DNA of 64,000 nt from Felis catus. Its lineage: Eukaryota. This document shows, piece after piece, positions 50,289-62,154 of this stretch. The DNA is taken from NCBI RefSeq assembly GCF_018350175.1, contig NC_058368.1, positions 70,248,001 through 70,312,000 of the forward strand, in the 5' to 3' direction. Position 1 is the stretch's first letter, and every line of letters begins with the position of its first letter. The position numbers and the translations under genes were made by a program. The notes beneath the pieces were generated by a model. The model had not been told where the DNA came from. It saw only the letters and a list, made by a program, of their open reading frames with translations, and did not search any database.

Positions 50289-51979
50289 GCAGAAGGGAAA
50301 AAAAACAAGGAAAAGGTTTCAGGGTTCTTTCTGAACTGCTCTTCAACAATAAAGAAAGCAGAGAGAAATAAGAGTACTTTGTAAGACTGATTCTTTGATA
50401 TAGCTGTTGCCTATGTCATCAATCCAGAAAACATACAAGGAATTCCAAAAGTGCATAAGGGTAAATCTGTGCGGTATATAGGACTGCCACCAAGTGCACA
50501 TCTTAGGATTCCATAAACACACTCTCATCACAGAGACTCTGTAAAGACAGAACAAACTTGAGAGAGAAGAGAAAGCCTACCAGCGGGCAACCAGCTCCAT
50601 GTAGTCGCTCTGCTTGGGTTTACAGGTCACATCTACCTCAGTCCCCAGGACACGGGTTTTTCCTTGGCAGAGAAACAGATGTTTATTGAAATGCATCCTA
50701 AGATAAAGCCTCTGATTGTTCACTGACATTGGAGAAAATGTAAAGTACTCCTTTATCCAACATTCCAGGACTGAGATAACAATAAAACACACACACACAC
50801 TTACACAAATACACAGCCACACATACATCACACACAAACATACACATATCCAAACCTTACACACATGTAAAATGAGGGTAAGGAGGAAAACTAGCCTCAT
50901 GTAACAGAAAGGCTAGAATTTACTCTCCATCTATTAAGATACAGATGTATTTCCCGTAGACATGAATACACTGGGTTTGGAAACTCTAGGAGTACCCCTG
51001 CTTATATTTTGCTGGGACTCCTTTTGTTAGCAAAGAGCGGATATAGAAAATATGTAGATTCAAATCAAGGTTACTTGAGGATGCAGCTGCCAGACTGGAA
51101 TTTTTCCTTCATCAGAATGCACCAGAGAGTCCTTACAAAGACAAGCTTGATCTGCTTTATGAACAGGCTATTTCACAAGGAAACAAATTTACAAATATAC
51201 TTAACTCTACACTCAAACCTTAACCCTTAACTCTGAATCTTTACCAATATATGCTTTATAAGACTCTCATTCAGCAACTTATGGAGGACAGTCTACATAT
51301 TCTATCTTAAAAATGTAGTTTATGTTTCTCTCTCTAAATTTGTTTTATTTTTACTAAATTGCAATTGAACTGACAGCTGGAGAAGAATTTTGCCTCTGTA
51401 ATGGACACAGAATGGTACCAAAATAAAGGCTAGTATATAGAAGAACATAAAATATAATAAAGGCAGTATCACAAGTCAGTGAGTAAGGAATGAATGAATT
51501 CAACAAACAAGATTAGGGGAAATGAGTGTTGGGGACAAGGAGGGAATCAAATTAGGGCCTCAACTAAATTATATATCCAAATAAACTGTGAAGCAACAAA
51601 GCAGGAGTTGGCAAACTATAAACGACCAGCTACTAAATATTACAGGTTTCTGTCACAACTATTCAACCATGCCAGTGTGACAGCATCATGAACAAATAAG
51701 TATGGCTATGCCAATAAAACTTTATTTGCAAAAACAGGTGACAGGACCTTTGGATGAAAAAGCCAAATAGTAAACAAACAAATAATTCCAAAAGAAAATA
51801 GTGGGAATATCTGATCTAGGGAAGAATTTCTAAGCATAAAAGCAATGGGAAAAATCATAGAGGAAAGATGATTATGCTTATCACATACATTTAAACTTTT
51901 GTTAGTAAAACAAGTATATAAAGAAAGTAATCAAAAGGCAAATGACAAAATGGAAAAATATTTGAAATAAATATGAAAA

Positions 51980-52195
51980 GGCCACCTGGGTGACTCAGTC
52001 AGTAAGTGTCCAACTCTTGATTTTGGTTTAGGTCATGATCTCACCTTTCATGAGATCGAGCCCCATTTGGGGCTCTGTGCTGTCAAAGCAGAGCCTCCTT
52101 GGGATTCTCTCTGCCTCTCTCTCTCTGTCCCTCCCCTACTCGTGCTCTCTCTCTCTCTCTCTCAAAATAAATAAACATTCAAAAAAAATAAAATT
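51980..52195 (+). mobile_element. Can-SINE
   Basis: Full-length. TSD aaataaatatga. Confidence 0.9.
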
Positions 52196-52239
52196 AAATA
52201 AATATGACAAAGGATTTGGAGCTTGAAAATTATCTCTTC

Positions 52240-52462
52240 GGGGTGCCCGGGTGGCTCAGGTGGTTAAGCATCCGACTTCAGCTCAGGTCATGATCTCGTG
52301 ATTCGTGAGTTTGAGCCCCACATTGAGCTCTGTGCTGACAGCTCAGAGCCTGGAGCCTGCTTCGGATTCTGTGTCTCCCTCTCTCTCTCTGCCCCTCCCT
52401 CACTCACACTCTTTCTCTCAGTCTCTCAAAAATGAATTAATGTGGGAAAAAAAAAAGAAGAA
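52240..52462 (+). mobile_element. Can-SINE
   Basis: Full-length. TSD gaaaattatc. Confidence 0.92.
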
Positions 52463-52850
52463 AGAAAATTATCCTTTGTCTCGCAAATTGGCAAAAATGA
52501 TGCTGGCATTTTTATGAAATGACTAATATTCACTGCTCTTGGAATGTAAATGGAATCAATCATCAAGCAATAAAAGAATATGCCTTAAAGGGACTTTTAA
52601 AAATTCATTCTTGCCTTAGTAAGTTCATGTTCATGAACTATCTAGCCTATGAAAATATTCAAGATCCGTAGAAAGATTTTTGGGTGAAGATGTCCTCTAC
52701 AATTTTAATGTATAATAACCTAAATGCCTAATAACAGAGAAGCATTCAAATAAATTCTAGAACATACATGGCAGTAGAATATTATGCACATACTAGCATT
52801 TTAGTGGAACATTATGGGCCATAAGAAAATTTTTAAAAGGCGTCAGGAAT

Positions 52851-52946
52851 GGCACCTGGCTGGATCCATTGGTGGAACATGCAACTCTGGATCTTGGGGC
52901 TGAGTTTGAGCCCCACCTTGGGTGTAGAGATTACCTAAAAATAAAA
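52851..52946 (+). mobile_element. Short, older Can-SINE
   Basis: tRNA-like head then gggtgtagagattac and A tail. Confidence 0.8.
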
Positions 52947-53714
52947 CCTTTCTTTAACAGAAAGCCATAAGAAATGATTTATGAAATATGCTATTTTTAT
53001 ATTTGCATAAGCAGAGAAAAATATCAGAAAACACACTACATGTTCAGCAGTAATTATCTCTCGGCTATGAGATTATGGGTGATTTTTATTTTCCTCTTTA
53101 TTCTTCTCTATAGTCTCTTAAGTTTCCTCTAATAATTATATATTCTATGCATGAAAGACAATGCTACTTTTACAAAGCAAGTGAATTGTTGCTTCTCACT
53201 AAATCTGTGAGAGAAACATAAATCAGCTACTTGGAATATCTAAAAAGTGAGACTTGAGCGAAGCAACAACAGCTTTCCTCATCTGTTTCTACTCAGTATT
53301 TCTGCTGCTTTCCTCTTTATTATCTAAGAAACAGCTACCAGCTCTAAAAGGGTGAAGACCTCCCGGAACAGACACATTCCAGCCCCTACAACAGAACCGT
53401 TCAGAATTCCCCTGGGATATCTGAGAATGCCTGTGGTCATGCCTCCAACAGTTGAGGCAAAATGAGTGCTAATTTGAATCCCCATACAACCATGTTATTG
53501 ACCTAAGTCTACCTACAGCAATCTAAGGCGGTTATTCTGTTCATAAATAACTCTGTCAATAGCTTAAGAAATAAAGAGCAATAAGGAAGGCAGACTGCTT
53601 GAAGTCACAAGGAGAGAAAACAAATGTTCTTGTCTTCAACTTTTAAAAATCTCAAAAGAATCTTTCTGGAGGACAATCTGGCTAACTATGTATCAAAATC
53701 CTTTAAAAAGCAAA

Positions 53715-54713
53715 AGCTTCTGCACTGCAAAGGAAACAATCAACAAAACTAAAAGGCAACCGGGGGAATGGGAAAAGATATTTGCAAATGACTATCGGAC
53801 AAAGGGCTAGTATCCAAAATCTATAAAGAACTCACCAAACTCCATACCCAAAAAACAAATAATCCAGTGAAGAAATGGGCAGAAGACATGAATAGACACT
53901 TCTCTAAAGAAGACATCCAGATGGCCAACAGGCACATGAAAAGATGCTCAATGTCACTCCTCATCAGGAAAATACAAATCAAAACCACACTCAGATACCA
54001 CCTCATGCCAGTCAGTGGCTAAAATGAACAAATCAGGAGACTATAGATGCTGGAGAGGATGCAGAGAAAAAGGGAACCCTCCTGCACTGTTGGTGGGAAT
54101 GCAAACTGGTGGAGCCACTCTGGAAAACAGTATGGAGTTTCCTCAAAAAATTAAAAATAGATCTATCCTATGACCCAGCAATAGCACTGCTAGGAATTTA
54201 CCCAAGGGATACAGGAATGTTGATGCATAGGGCCACTTGTACCCCAATGTTTATAGCAGCACTTTCAACAATAGCCAAATTATGGAAAGAGCCTAAATGT
54301 CCATCAACTGATGAATGGATAAAGAAGTTGTGGTTTATATATACAATGGAATACTATTTGGCAATGAGAAAGAATGAAATCTGGCCTTTTGTAGCAACGT
54401 GGATGGAACTGGAGAGTGTTATGCTAAGTGAAATAAGTCATGCAGAGAAAGACAGATACCATATGTTTTTACTCTTATGTGGATCCTGAGAAACTTAACA
54501 GAAGACCATGGGGGAGGGGAAGGGGGTAAAAAAACTTAGGGAGGGAGGCAAACCATAAGAGACTCTTAAAAACTGAGAATAAACTGAGGGTTGATGGGGG
54601 TGGGAAGGAGGGGAGGGTTGGTGATGGGCATTGAGGAGGGCACCTGTTGGGATGAGCACTGGGTGTTGTATGGAAACCAATTTGACAATAAATTTCATAC
54701 TAAAAAAAAAAAA
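53715..54713 (+). mobile_element. 5'-truncated carnivore/felid LINE-1 (ORF2 C-terminus, 3' UTR, poly-A)
   Basis: ORF 54109..54489 is L1 ORF2p C-terminal sequence (PLWKTVW..YDPAIALLGIYP..CTPMFIAALSTIAKLWKEPKCPSTDEWIKK). G-rich 3' UTR, AATAAA, A tail. TSD aaaaagcaaa at 53705-53714 and 54714-54723. Confidence 0.95.
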
Positions 54714-54885
54714 AAAAAGCAAATACGCTTTTGCCTAACTCTTCCAGGTCTAGAAATCTGTGCTAAGAAGACAATTTGACAAATGTCTAAAGCATATACG
54801 CAAGGATGTTTATCACAGCATTTATTGTTGGCACAAAAATAGAACAGTGAAACAGTGGGTATAGGTTAAACAAAATGTCACATCC

Positions 54886-55270
54886 TGCAATGTGAATGTG
54901 TGTGTCCTCTCAAAATGCGTATGCAGAGGCCTAATTCCCAATGGGATGGAAGGTGGCGGTGAGGCCTTTAGGATGGGATTATTAGGTCATGAGGGTAGAG
55001 CACTCATGAAGCCCCCTTTAACCAGGAAGAGACTATAGTGCTTTTATAAAAGAGACCCCACAGAGATCCACTGCCCCTCTTCCGTATGAGGTTACATCAA
55101 GAAGACTGCCCTCAAGGAGCCAGGAAGCGGGCCCTCACCAGATACTGAATCTGCAGGTGCCTGAATCTTGGACTTCTCAGCCTCCAAAACTGGGAGACAT
55201 AAATATTTATTATTTACAAGACACCCAGTCTATGGCATTTTGTGATGGCAGCCTGAAATGAACTCAGACA
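54886..55270 (+). mobile_element. MLT1A-type MaLR solo LTR
   Basis: TG...CA termini, perfect 5-bp TSD catcc, motifs ccctcaccagatactgaatctgc and cttggacttc.cagcctcca.aactg. Confidence 0.9.
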
Positions 55271-55412
55271 CATCCATACAATGAAATGCCGCCAATAAGA
55301 TTGAGACATAAATGTATACTTATTAACATGTAAAGATATGTGTAATATACTGTGGAGACTATTTAAAGCTAGTTATAGACTACATAACAAAATAACATGC
55401 TTATTATATGTA

Positions 55413-55772
55413 TGTATTAGCTTGGACTGCCATAACAAAATACCATAGACCAGGTGGCTTACACAAGAGAAATTTATTTTCTCACAGTTCTGGAGGCTAA
55501 AGTCCTAGGTTAGGGTGCCAGCAAGGTCAGTGCCTGGTAAAGACTCTTGTCTTGCAGCAGACAAGCTGCCTTCCTGCTATGTGCTCACACGGTGAGGGAG
55601 TTAGGGCTCTCTCACTCTTCCCGTAAGGCCACAGCCTTATCAAATTAAGCCCTCACCTTTATGACTTCATTTAACTTAATATTTCCTAAAGACCCTCATC
55701 TCCAGATTCATCACATTGGGGGTCAGGGCTTTGACATATGGATTTTGGGAGTCCAACTGAATCCAGAGAAAC
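55413..55772 (-). mobile_element. MLT1A/MST-type MaLR solo LTR
   Basis: tgtattag..ctgccataacaaaataccatagac..gaaatttattttctcacagttctggaggct. Confidence 0.85.
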
Positions 55773-57023
55773 TCACAACAATTATATTTTCTTATGAACA
55801 ATGCTGTACTTGGATGAAATTCTGGAAGGTTTTGCCTCAAAATGTTTAAACTGGTGGTTTACGTCTATGTACCGAACACAGCATGCTTGGTTTCTACAAT
55901 AAATGTTAATTACCTGTTTAAAATTTCATAAATATTAATAAGATAGTACATTTTAATAAAGCATTGGGGGAAAGGTACAGTAGTCTTTCAGGCTGGTCTC
56001 ACTGGCTGTGCTCACAGAAAGCAGCATCAACAGAGCAGGGCAATCTCAAGACACAGGAAATGGATCCAGGAATCAGAGCAGACAGTTCCTTGAAAACACC
56101 TCCAATTTACTAATGTGATCTAAATAGGCAACAAAGCCCACAGGGCATCATTAGGAAGGATATTCGAAATAAAATGGAAAACACAGCCTACCCAAAGCCA
56201 CACTGCAGCGATCGGACTCAGAACCAAGGCAGTGTTCCAGAAGGCAGCCACGCAGCTTTCTGCTTTCTTACACCTCAAGACAGTTCTCACAATGCAAGAA
56301 AAAAATTATGAGGGAACACCTAAAATAAGCAAGATCCAGCCTGTACTTTCCCCACTGCCTCAAGCTGACAGGTATCAGACCATGTTTCACTTATCACCTG
56401 TGGCAGATTCACCAGTTCTCTCCCCTTACCTCTCCCCTCCCCCCCCCACCCATCCCCCACCTCCAAACAGACACACAGACATGCACAAGGAGGACTGCAG
56501 GCTCTTAGGAGCACACATCACCCTCAACTCCTTTCTCTGTGCACAGTACACATGACAAATCAGAGGATTTTCATAGCCAGTAGGCGTTTTCTGTTAGGAA
56601 GGACTGGTTAGCCTGGGAAGACCACAGCAGTCTGGTGAAATTCTGTACCATTATAAAGGCTGAGAACATGTTGAAGACATGTAGCAAATCTTATAATAAA
56701 AGAACCATGGGAAACTTCACACCTTTAAGGAGGTAAGAAAAAAATTAAATATTAATTTACAATGGGTAAAATTGTCACTTATTATCCAGTCATGTCACAA
56801 AAGAAATCGAAGACAGGAAGTTTGTTTTCTCCCCTTGTGGCTTCCAGCAGTTTGCCTTCATGGCCACTCTCTAGGAGGCTGCTGACAGGATCCTAGCTGC
56901 TGTCGCGGTTATAACTGAGCGATTTCTTCCACTTCACTAGTAACTGGCAAAAAGAGAGCATGGTACAGAATAATCCCACGGCTCCTCCGTTCTTCCACAG
57001 ACGTGTTAAGAGAATATTATATT

Positions 57024-57234
57024 GGGGCATCTGGGTGGCTCAGTCGGTTAAACGTCTGACTTAGGTTCAGGTCATGATCTCGCAGTTTGTGGGTTCGAGC
57101 CCCGCGTCTGGCTCTGTGCTGACAGCTCAGAGCCTGGAGCCTGTTTCCGATTCTTTGTCTCCTTCTCTCTCTGCCCCTCCCCCACTTGTGCTCTATCTCT
57201 ATCAAAAATAAATAAATGTAAAAAAACATTTTTT
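57024..57234 (+). mobile_element. Can-SINE (SINEC_Fc-like)
   Basis: Full-length. TSD aagagaatattatatt. Confidence 0.93.
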
Positions 57235-58249
57235 AAGAGAATATTATATTATATTATAATAAGTTATTGAGTAAAACAGGTCAAGTTCTAGCCATAAGAC
57301 TGTGCCCATCACAAACCCTCACAGACAGGTGTATTGTGTCACCTCACACTGCCCCTTGTCACAGAAGGGGCCTGGGCTGAGCTAGGCCTTCATGTCCTCG
57401 GACAGTGCCCTTGTGCCTTCTGTCGGCCTCTCCCTGATGGGGACGTGAGCTTCCTCGTCACTTCTGTACACTCAGCGCTCAGCACAAAGGAGCATTCAAG
57501 GTTGTGTCTGGAATGAGCTGAACTAATCCATTCAATTACTTAGAAAAGGAGGACGTTAGGAAAAATCTATATTCAGGTATAGAGACTGCCCCAACTCAGT
57601 CTTGGCCCTCCACTGTGGTAGGATTACTAGTCAAAATTTAAGGGTGGTACGGTCGAAATTCAGTCCCCAGAGGCCAGATGAGCCACTTCCCAGTGTCCTA
57701 CCCACCATGGGGCTGATTCATGCCACTTAGATATAAAAAGAGCCTTCCTGTACAAGATCACACAGCTGCAGCCTTGCAAAGTTAAAGTCTGCACTAGAGA
57801 CATCTGATTTTTGCTTCAGAGCCAACTTTAATGATGATAAAAATGCTTTTTCTTCACCACAAAGTTCTCTATTAGCTTATTACACTCTGCCTGTTGTAAA
57901 AGGATTTAAAGTGATTTATATAAATACATATAAAATAAGACAAAGAGTATTTAATAAGCACATGAGAAAGAGCAGGTGGTGATAAAACAGTCATATAGGA
58001 AAATAAGGAGCAAAGTTTAAGGGCAAAAAAAAAAAAATCATTTTGAAAGAGCCTATGTATCGGTCGTAGGTTTGGGACTAAGCTTTCTTTTACCAGGCAA
58101 CTGAAGAGGTGGCTGAGATCAGTTACATGAATCTTAATGTACATAAAATACGAAGTTCCTCAGGAAGAGCACAACCATTCAGAGTATGGACAGAAGAAAT
58201 TTACTTCATAATTTACCTCATGAAAAGAACACTAAAAAATAGAAATCAT

Positions 58250-58515
58250 TATGCTAATAGCTAACAATTAGCACTAACTTATATATAAAACACTGTCTTA
58301 AGGGCTCTAGACATACTCACTCATTTAATAATCCCATGAGGTAGGAATTATGACTATCTGCATTTCATTAAATGCAGATTTATTTCATTATTCATTAATA
58401 GTGAAAATGAGGAACCGAGCAGTTAAGTAAATTGCCCGAGGTCACCAGCTAGCAAATGTGGACTGGGGATTCAGGCCCTGCAGGCTGGCTCCAGAGTCCC
58501 ACTCTTCACCACCAC
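58250..58515 (-). mobile_element. MIR
   Basis: atgaggaaccgag..gttaagtaaattgcccgaggtcac core. Confidence 0.75.
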
Positions 58516-59268
58516 ACCAGTGCCTCCACCTCATCCAAAATCAACTGAGCAATGCCCTCAACAAAACCCTCGTAGTAGACGTCACTTTCATAAGGATGTT
58601 TCTCATGCTGCCCTTCCGTTTGGCCAAGAGAAAAACACAAAGCTTTGCTCTGTAGCAGCAATTCCACTGAGGCCAGAATGAGGCAATCCATCCATGTGGG
58701 TTTCTGACATATGGGCAGATATCTGGAAGATGTAGAGTCTCTCGAAGAATGAGTGGCCTCAAGCCCTTCTGGCTAATCCTCATGAACATTATTACTTCTC
58801 CTCCACAAGATCTGGTGCACAGTGAGCGGCCAGGATGGGAGGTTATACATCAGGAGCAGGTGAAATCCAGCTCTGACCTGCTGACAGTTCAGGCACAGCC
58901 ACAGGCTGGACAAGTCTCCTGAGCTGAAGGAAGGACAGATACCCTACTAACTAAGGCTGAGGAGTCAACAGGCCCACATCTGCCTGAAGAGCGGGTCTGC
59001 CCTGCCCTTGCCCGTAGGGGGCTCAAAGGAACACCATCAGGCAGGGCTCCCCTAAGAAAGGGTTTGGCCGGCTCAAAGCAAAGGAGGAAAAGGCCCTCAC
59101 ATGCCTGTGTCATAGGACAGGTCTCAACAGAGATGGTCTGGGTACTGCCAAAAGACGGTGTCGTCAATTGTCAGTCGTGACCACAGCAAACCCATGGAAT
59201 GTTCGGCTTTGAACCACAGAGTTTCTTGATGTGGCTTCAGGGCAGGAGGGTTGAAAAGTATCACTCTC

Positions 59269-59489
59269 GGGGCGCCTGGGTGGCACAGTCGGTTAAGCGT
59301 CCGACTTCAGCCAGGTCACGATCTCGCGGTCCGTGAGTTCGAGCCCCGCGTCAGGCTCTGGGCTGATGGCTCGGAGCCTGGAGCCTGTTTCCGATTCTGT
59401 GTCTCCCTCTCTCTCTCTGCCCCTCCCCCGTTCATGCTCTGTCTCTCTCTGTCCCAAAAATAAATTAAAAAAAAAAAAAAAAGAAAAAA
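59269..59489 (+). mobile_element. Young SINEC_Fc
   Basis: Diagnostic head, intact CpGs, long A tail, perfect 15-bp TSD gaaaagtatcactct. Confidence 0.95.
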
Positions 59490-59649
59490 GAAAAGTATCA
59501 CTCTAGGGCAGATTACTGAAAATGAGCCAGTTATTGTTTGGGGAACGCTACAAAAATTTTTGATAAAAGACGTTGGCTTTAGGATAAGTGATCATAACCT
59601 GACTTCTCAACAGCTTCTCCAAGCTCAAGTTCAGGACCATTAAAAACAT

Positions 59650-60400
59650 TTCATTAGAATTCACTCATTAACTAAGCACTCAACTACAAATCAGACACTG
59701 TTCTTGCTGTTGGGGCAGAACAGCAAATAAAACAGACAAAAATCCCAGCTATCCGAAAGCTTACTCTTTTTTTTTTTTTAATATTTATTTCTTTTGGGGA
59801 GAGCACAAGTGGGAAAGGGGCAGAGAGAGGGGGACAGAGGATCCAAAGTGAGTCATCGAGCAGACAGCCCGATGTGAGCTCAAACTCACGAACTGAGAGA
59901 TCATAACCTGAGGCAAAGTTAGACGCGCAAATGACTGAGCCAGCCAGGTCCCCCCAAAAGCTTATTCTTCTTGTAAGTCTGATAAGCAACACTTAACTGC
60001 TAACTACTCTTACTATACTTGACTAACAGTGTCAGGTGGAGATAAATAATGAAGAGACCATGGCAGAGAATCAGAGGAGGATGCCCTGCAGGGGCTACAA
60101 GATTATACTGGTGGCCAAGGAAGCCTCACTTAGAAGGGGAAATCAGAGCGAGCCCTGCAGGAGGCCAGGGATGGACCCGGCAAATGCCTGGCTAGAGAGG
60201 TCTAGGTGAGAACAGCAAGGCATCCCGAAAAGCCAGCGGGAAGTGTGGAATGAGGAGAGAGTGAGAAGAAAATGGGGGTCTCCGGGAGCAAGCAGGGGGC
60301 AGCAGGTGGGTAGGGGCAGACCCCGAGGCCACAGGAAGGATTCTGGATCTGCCTCCGAGTAGAGAAGCGACCACTGGACCTTCCTTTTCAAAGGAGCACT
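59650..60400 (-). mobile_element. L2 fragment interrupted by a Can-SINE (59767-59955, minus)
   Basis: L2 motifs aaaacagacaaaaatccc and tggccaaggaagcctcact. SINE TSD aaagcttaYtct. Confidence 0.7.
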
Positions 60401-61992
60401 GTTGGCCGACTGAGGAGAGGCCACGGGGTCAAGGACAGAAGCAGGAAGAGCAGTTTGGAGGGAGAGGGTGCATCTTTCCACCCACAGCACCTTAGCCCCA
60501 CACACGCACAGCCACGCCTTTCTCGGTCTGCAGGTACAGGCGACCGTGGCAGGCAGGAGCACCTGACCCAACACACAGGAGCAGTGCTTCACAATCCAGC
60601 CCCCGAGTGCTGACAGAGCCCCCGGCTGGTTATTACTCCCTCGTGCAACCAAGGAAAAAGGAAAACAAGCAGAGTCTCTTGAAGATGGCTTAACCCAAGA
60701 CAAGTCAGCGCGACCGAAGGGAGGAGAAGCAGGCGGAATGGGGGAGGTGGGGCCCTTACTGGCCAAGCAGTCCCAGGGCTGTCGGGGTTGGGGATTACAG
60801 CTCATGGAGCAGACTCTGTAATGGGCCAGTCCTTCCAATCTCGAATCCCAGTTGTTCTCCAACGCATATTCCAAAATACATTAGGGTTTAAAATATTTAA
60901 CAGTTAATACATCCACTTCAGTTCCATGCCCACACATAATACTGCCTTCCAAAATGCATATGATGCCCAAATGATGCCCTCCTGCCCTTCCTCCCAAGGG
61001 CTTTGAGAGCTAATGTCACATAAGACCCTCCACAAGATGCGAGGCTGGGCGACCTGATCTGATCCCGGGGTGCAAATGGCCTGCCGGCACCCCCTCCCCG
61101 CGTCAGATGGCAGCCTAACGACCAGGAACAGCTTTGGGGTTTCCACGCACCTCGCCCTCGCCTTACTGAGTGGCTGCTGGCCAGACACACACACACAGAG
61201 ACTCCCACGTGTGTTATTCTCACTCGTTTCAACAAAAAACTGTGATAAGAACAGAAGGGAAAATGGCAAGGCCTCCTGAGGGTGGAGGAGACCAGCATGC
61301 AGCCTCCTCATGAGCCTGGTATTTGTGAGAAGGCCCCAGAGAGGCACACCCATCTGTGACCTGTCACCTCCTCATGCGTTGTACCCGGGAGGAAAGAACA
61401 CCGAAGTGTCACCTAAGCTTTCTGTTAACTCTCAAGAGCCTTCACCCAAAGACAGTATAAATAGTCAGATTTAAAATAATAAAACTGTAAACATTTCTCT
61501 CGCACCCATTACAGTTTTCTTTCAAGCTCCCTTTCAATGTCTCCCAGAATGGAAGGACCAACCACAGGCCATTAGTAAGAAAATTTCGCCAGGGAAAAGA
61601 CTAAGATGTAAAGGAACTGAATAATTCACTATCACTGGTAGAGGGTTCAGTATACAGTGCCCTAAATACACACTTTGCCACGCATTATTTCTGAGACTAC
61701 ACCGAGAACGTGTAAGCTCATAAAGCTAACTTAGAAAACTAATCTGTAATCAATTACCGTACTCCAGCTTCTCTCCCTGTATGCATTTAAGCTCTGATGA
61801 ATGCAGGGCATTCTCGCACATACAAACAGGCACCTCATAATTAAACTTAAGGCCACTTAATTACCCATTTACACACCCAGGCTACAGATACACAAGCACA
61901 CTGAAGTAAATAAATACATTTGCTTTATAAGTAAAGACAAGTTTATTCTAACACCACCAAACTCCTTGTTAATTAAGCAAGACAGCATTTAC

Positions 61993-62154
61993 CAGACAGG
62001 AGGAGATCAATAATTCTGAGTCTTCTTTTGTCCAATTGTATGCTGTATATTCAAGGGCATTATTCTCTCCTTGCTGTTTGCACATATAAGCACAGTTTCT
62101 TTCAAACACGGTGCGGATGCCTTTAAACAGAATTACACTAGTCGTGCAACCCAT
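61993..62154 (-). CDS. DOCK9: DOCK9 alternative first coding exon (distal), 54 codons MGCTTSVILFKGIRTVFERNCAYMCKQQGENNALEYTAYNWTKEDSELLISSCL
   Basis: ATG at 62154 in good context (GGGATGG), open frame to a phase-0 donor CTG|gtaaat at 61992. Peptide matches my recollection of a mammalian DOCK9 N-terminal variant. Same strand and phase as the MQADK exon. The TTG start shown in the ORF track is not the real start. Confidence 0.85.

Larger units (their letters stand above)
51380..53150 (+). mobile_element. Old L1 (L1M-type) remnants interrupted by a MER58-like fragment (about 51600-51745) and SINEs
   Basis: A-rich sequence with aaaaggcaaatgacaaaatggaaaaatatttg and aacctaaatgcc L1 ORF2/3' motifs. 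Confidence 0.55.

Noticed and set aside
50539..50580. Donor-like gtaggc and strong acceptor tctttacag on the minus strand
   Set aside because: The implied 42-nt intron is too short for mammals, and no partner donor defines an exon.
54109..54489. 126-aa ORF as a host gene
   Set aside because: It is the L1 ORF2p C-terminus of a 5'-truncated, frameshifted, inactive LINE-1.
60143..60874. 243-aa minus-strand ORF
   Set aside because: Non-ATG start, partly inside an L2 remnant, GC-rich, with no recognisable domain or exon structure.
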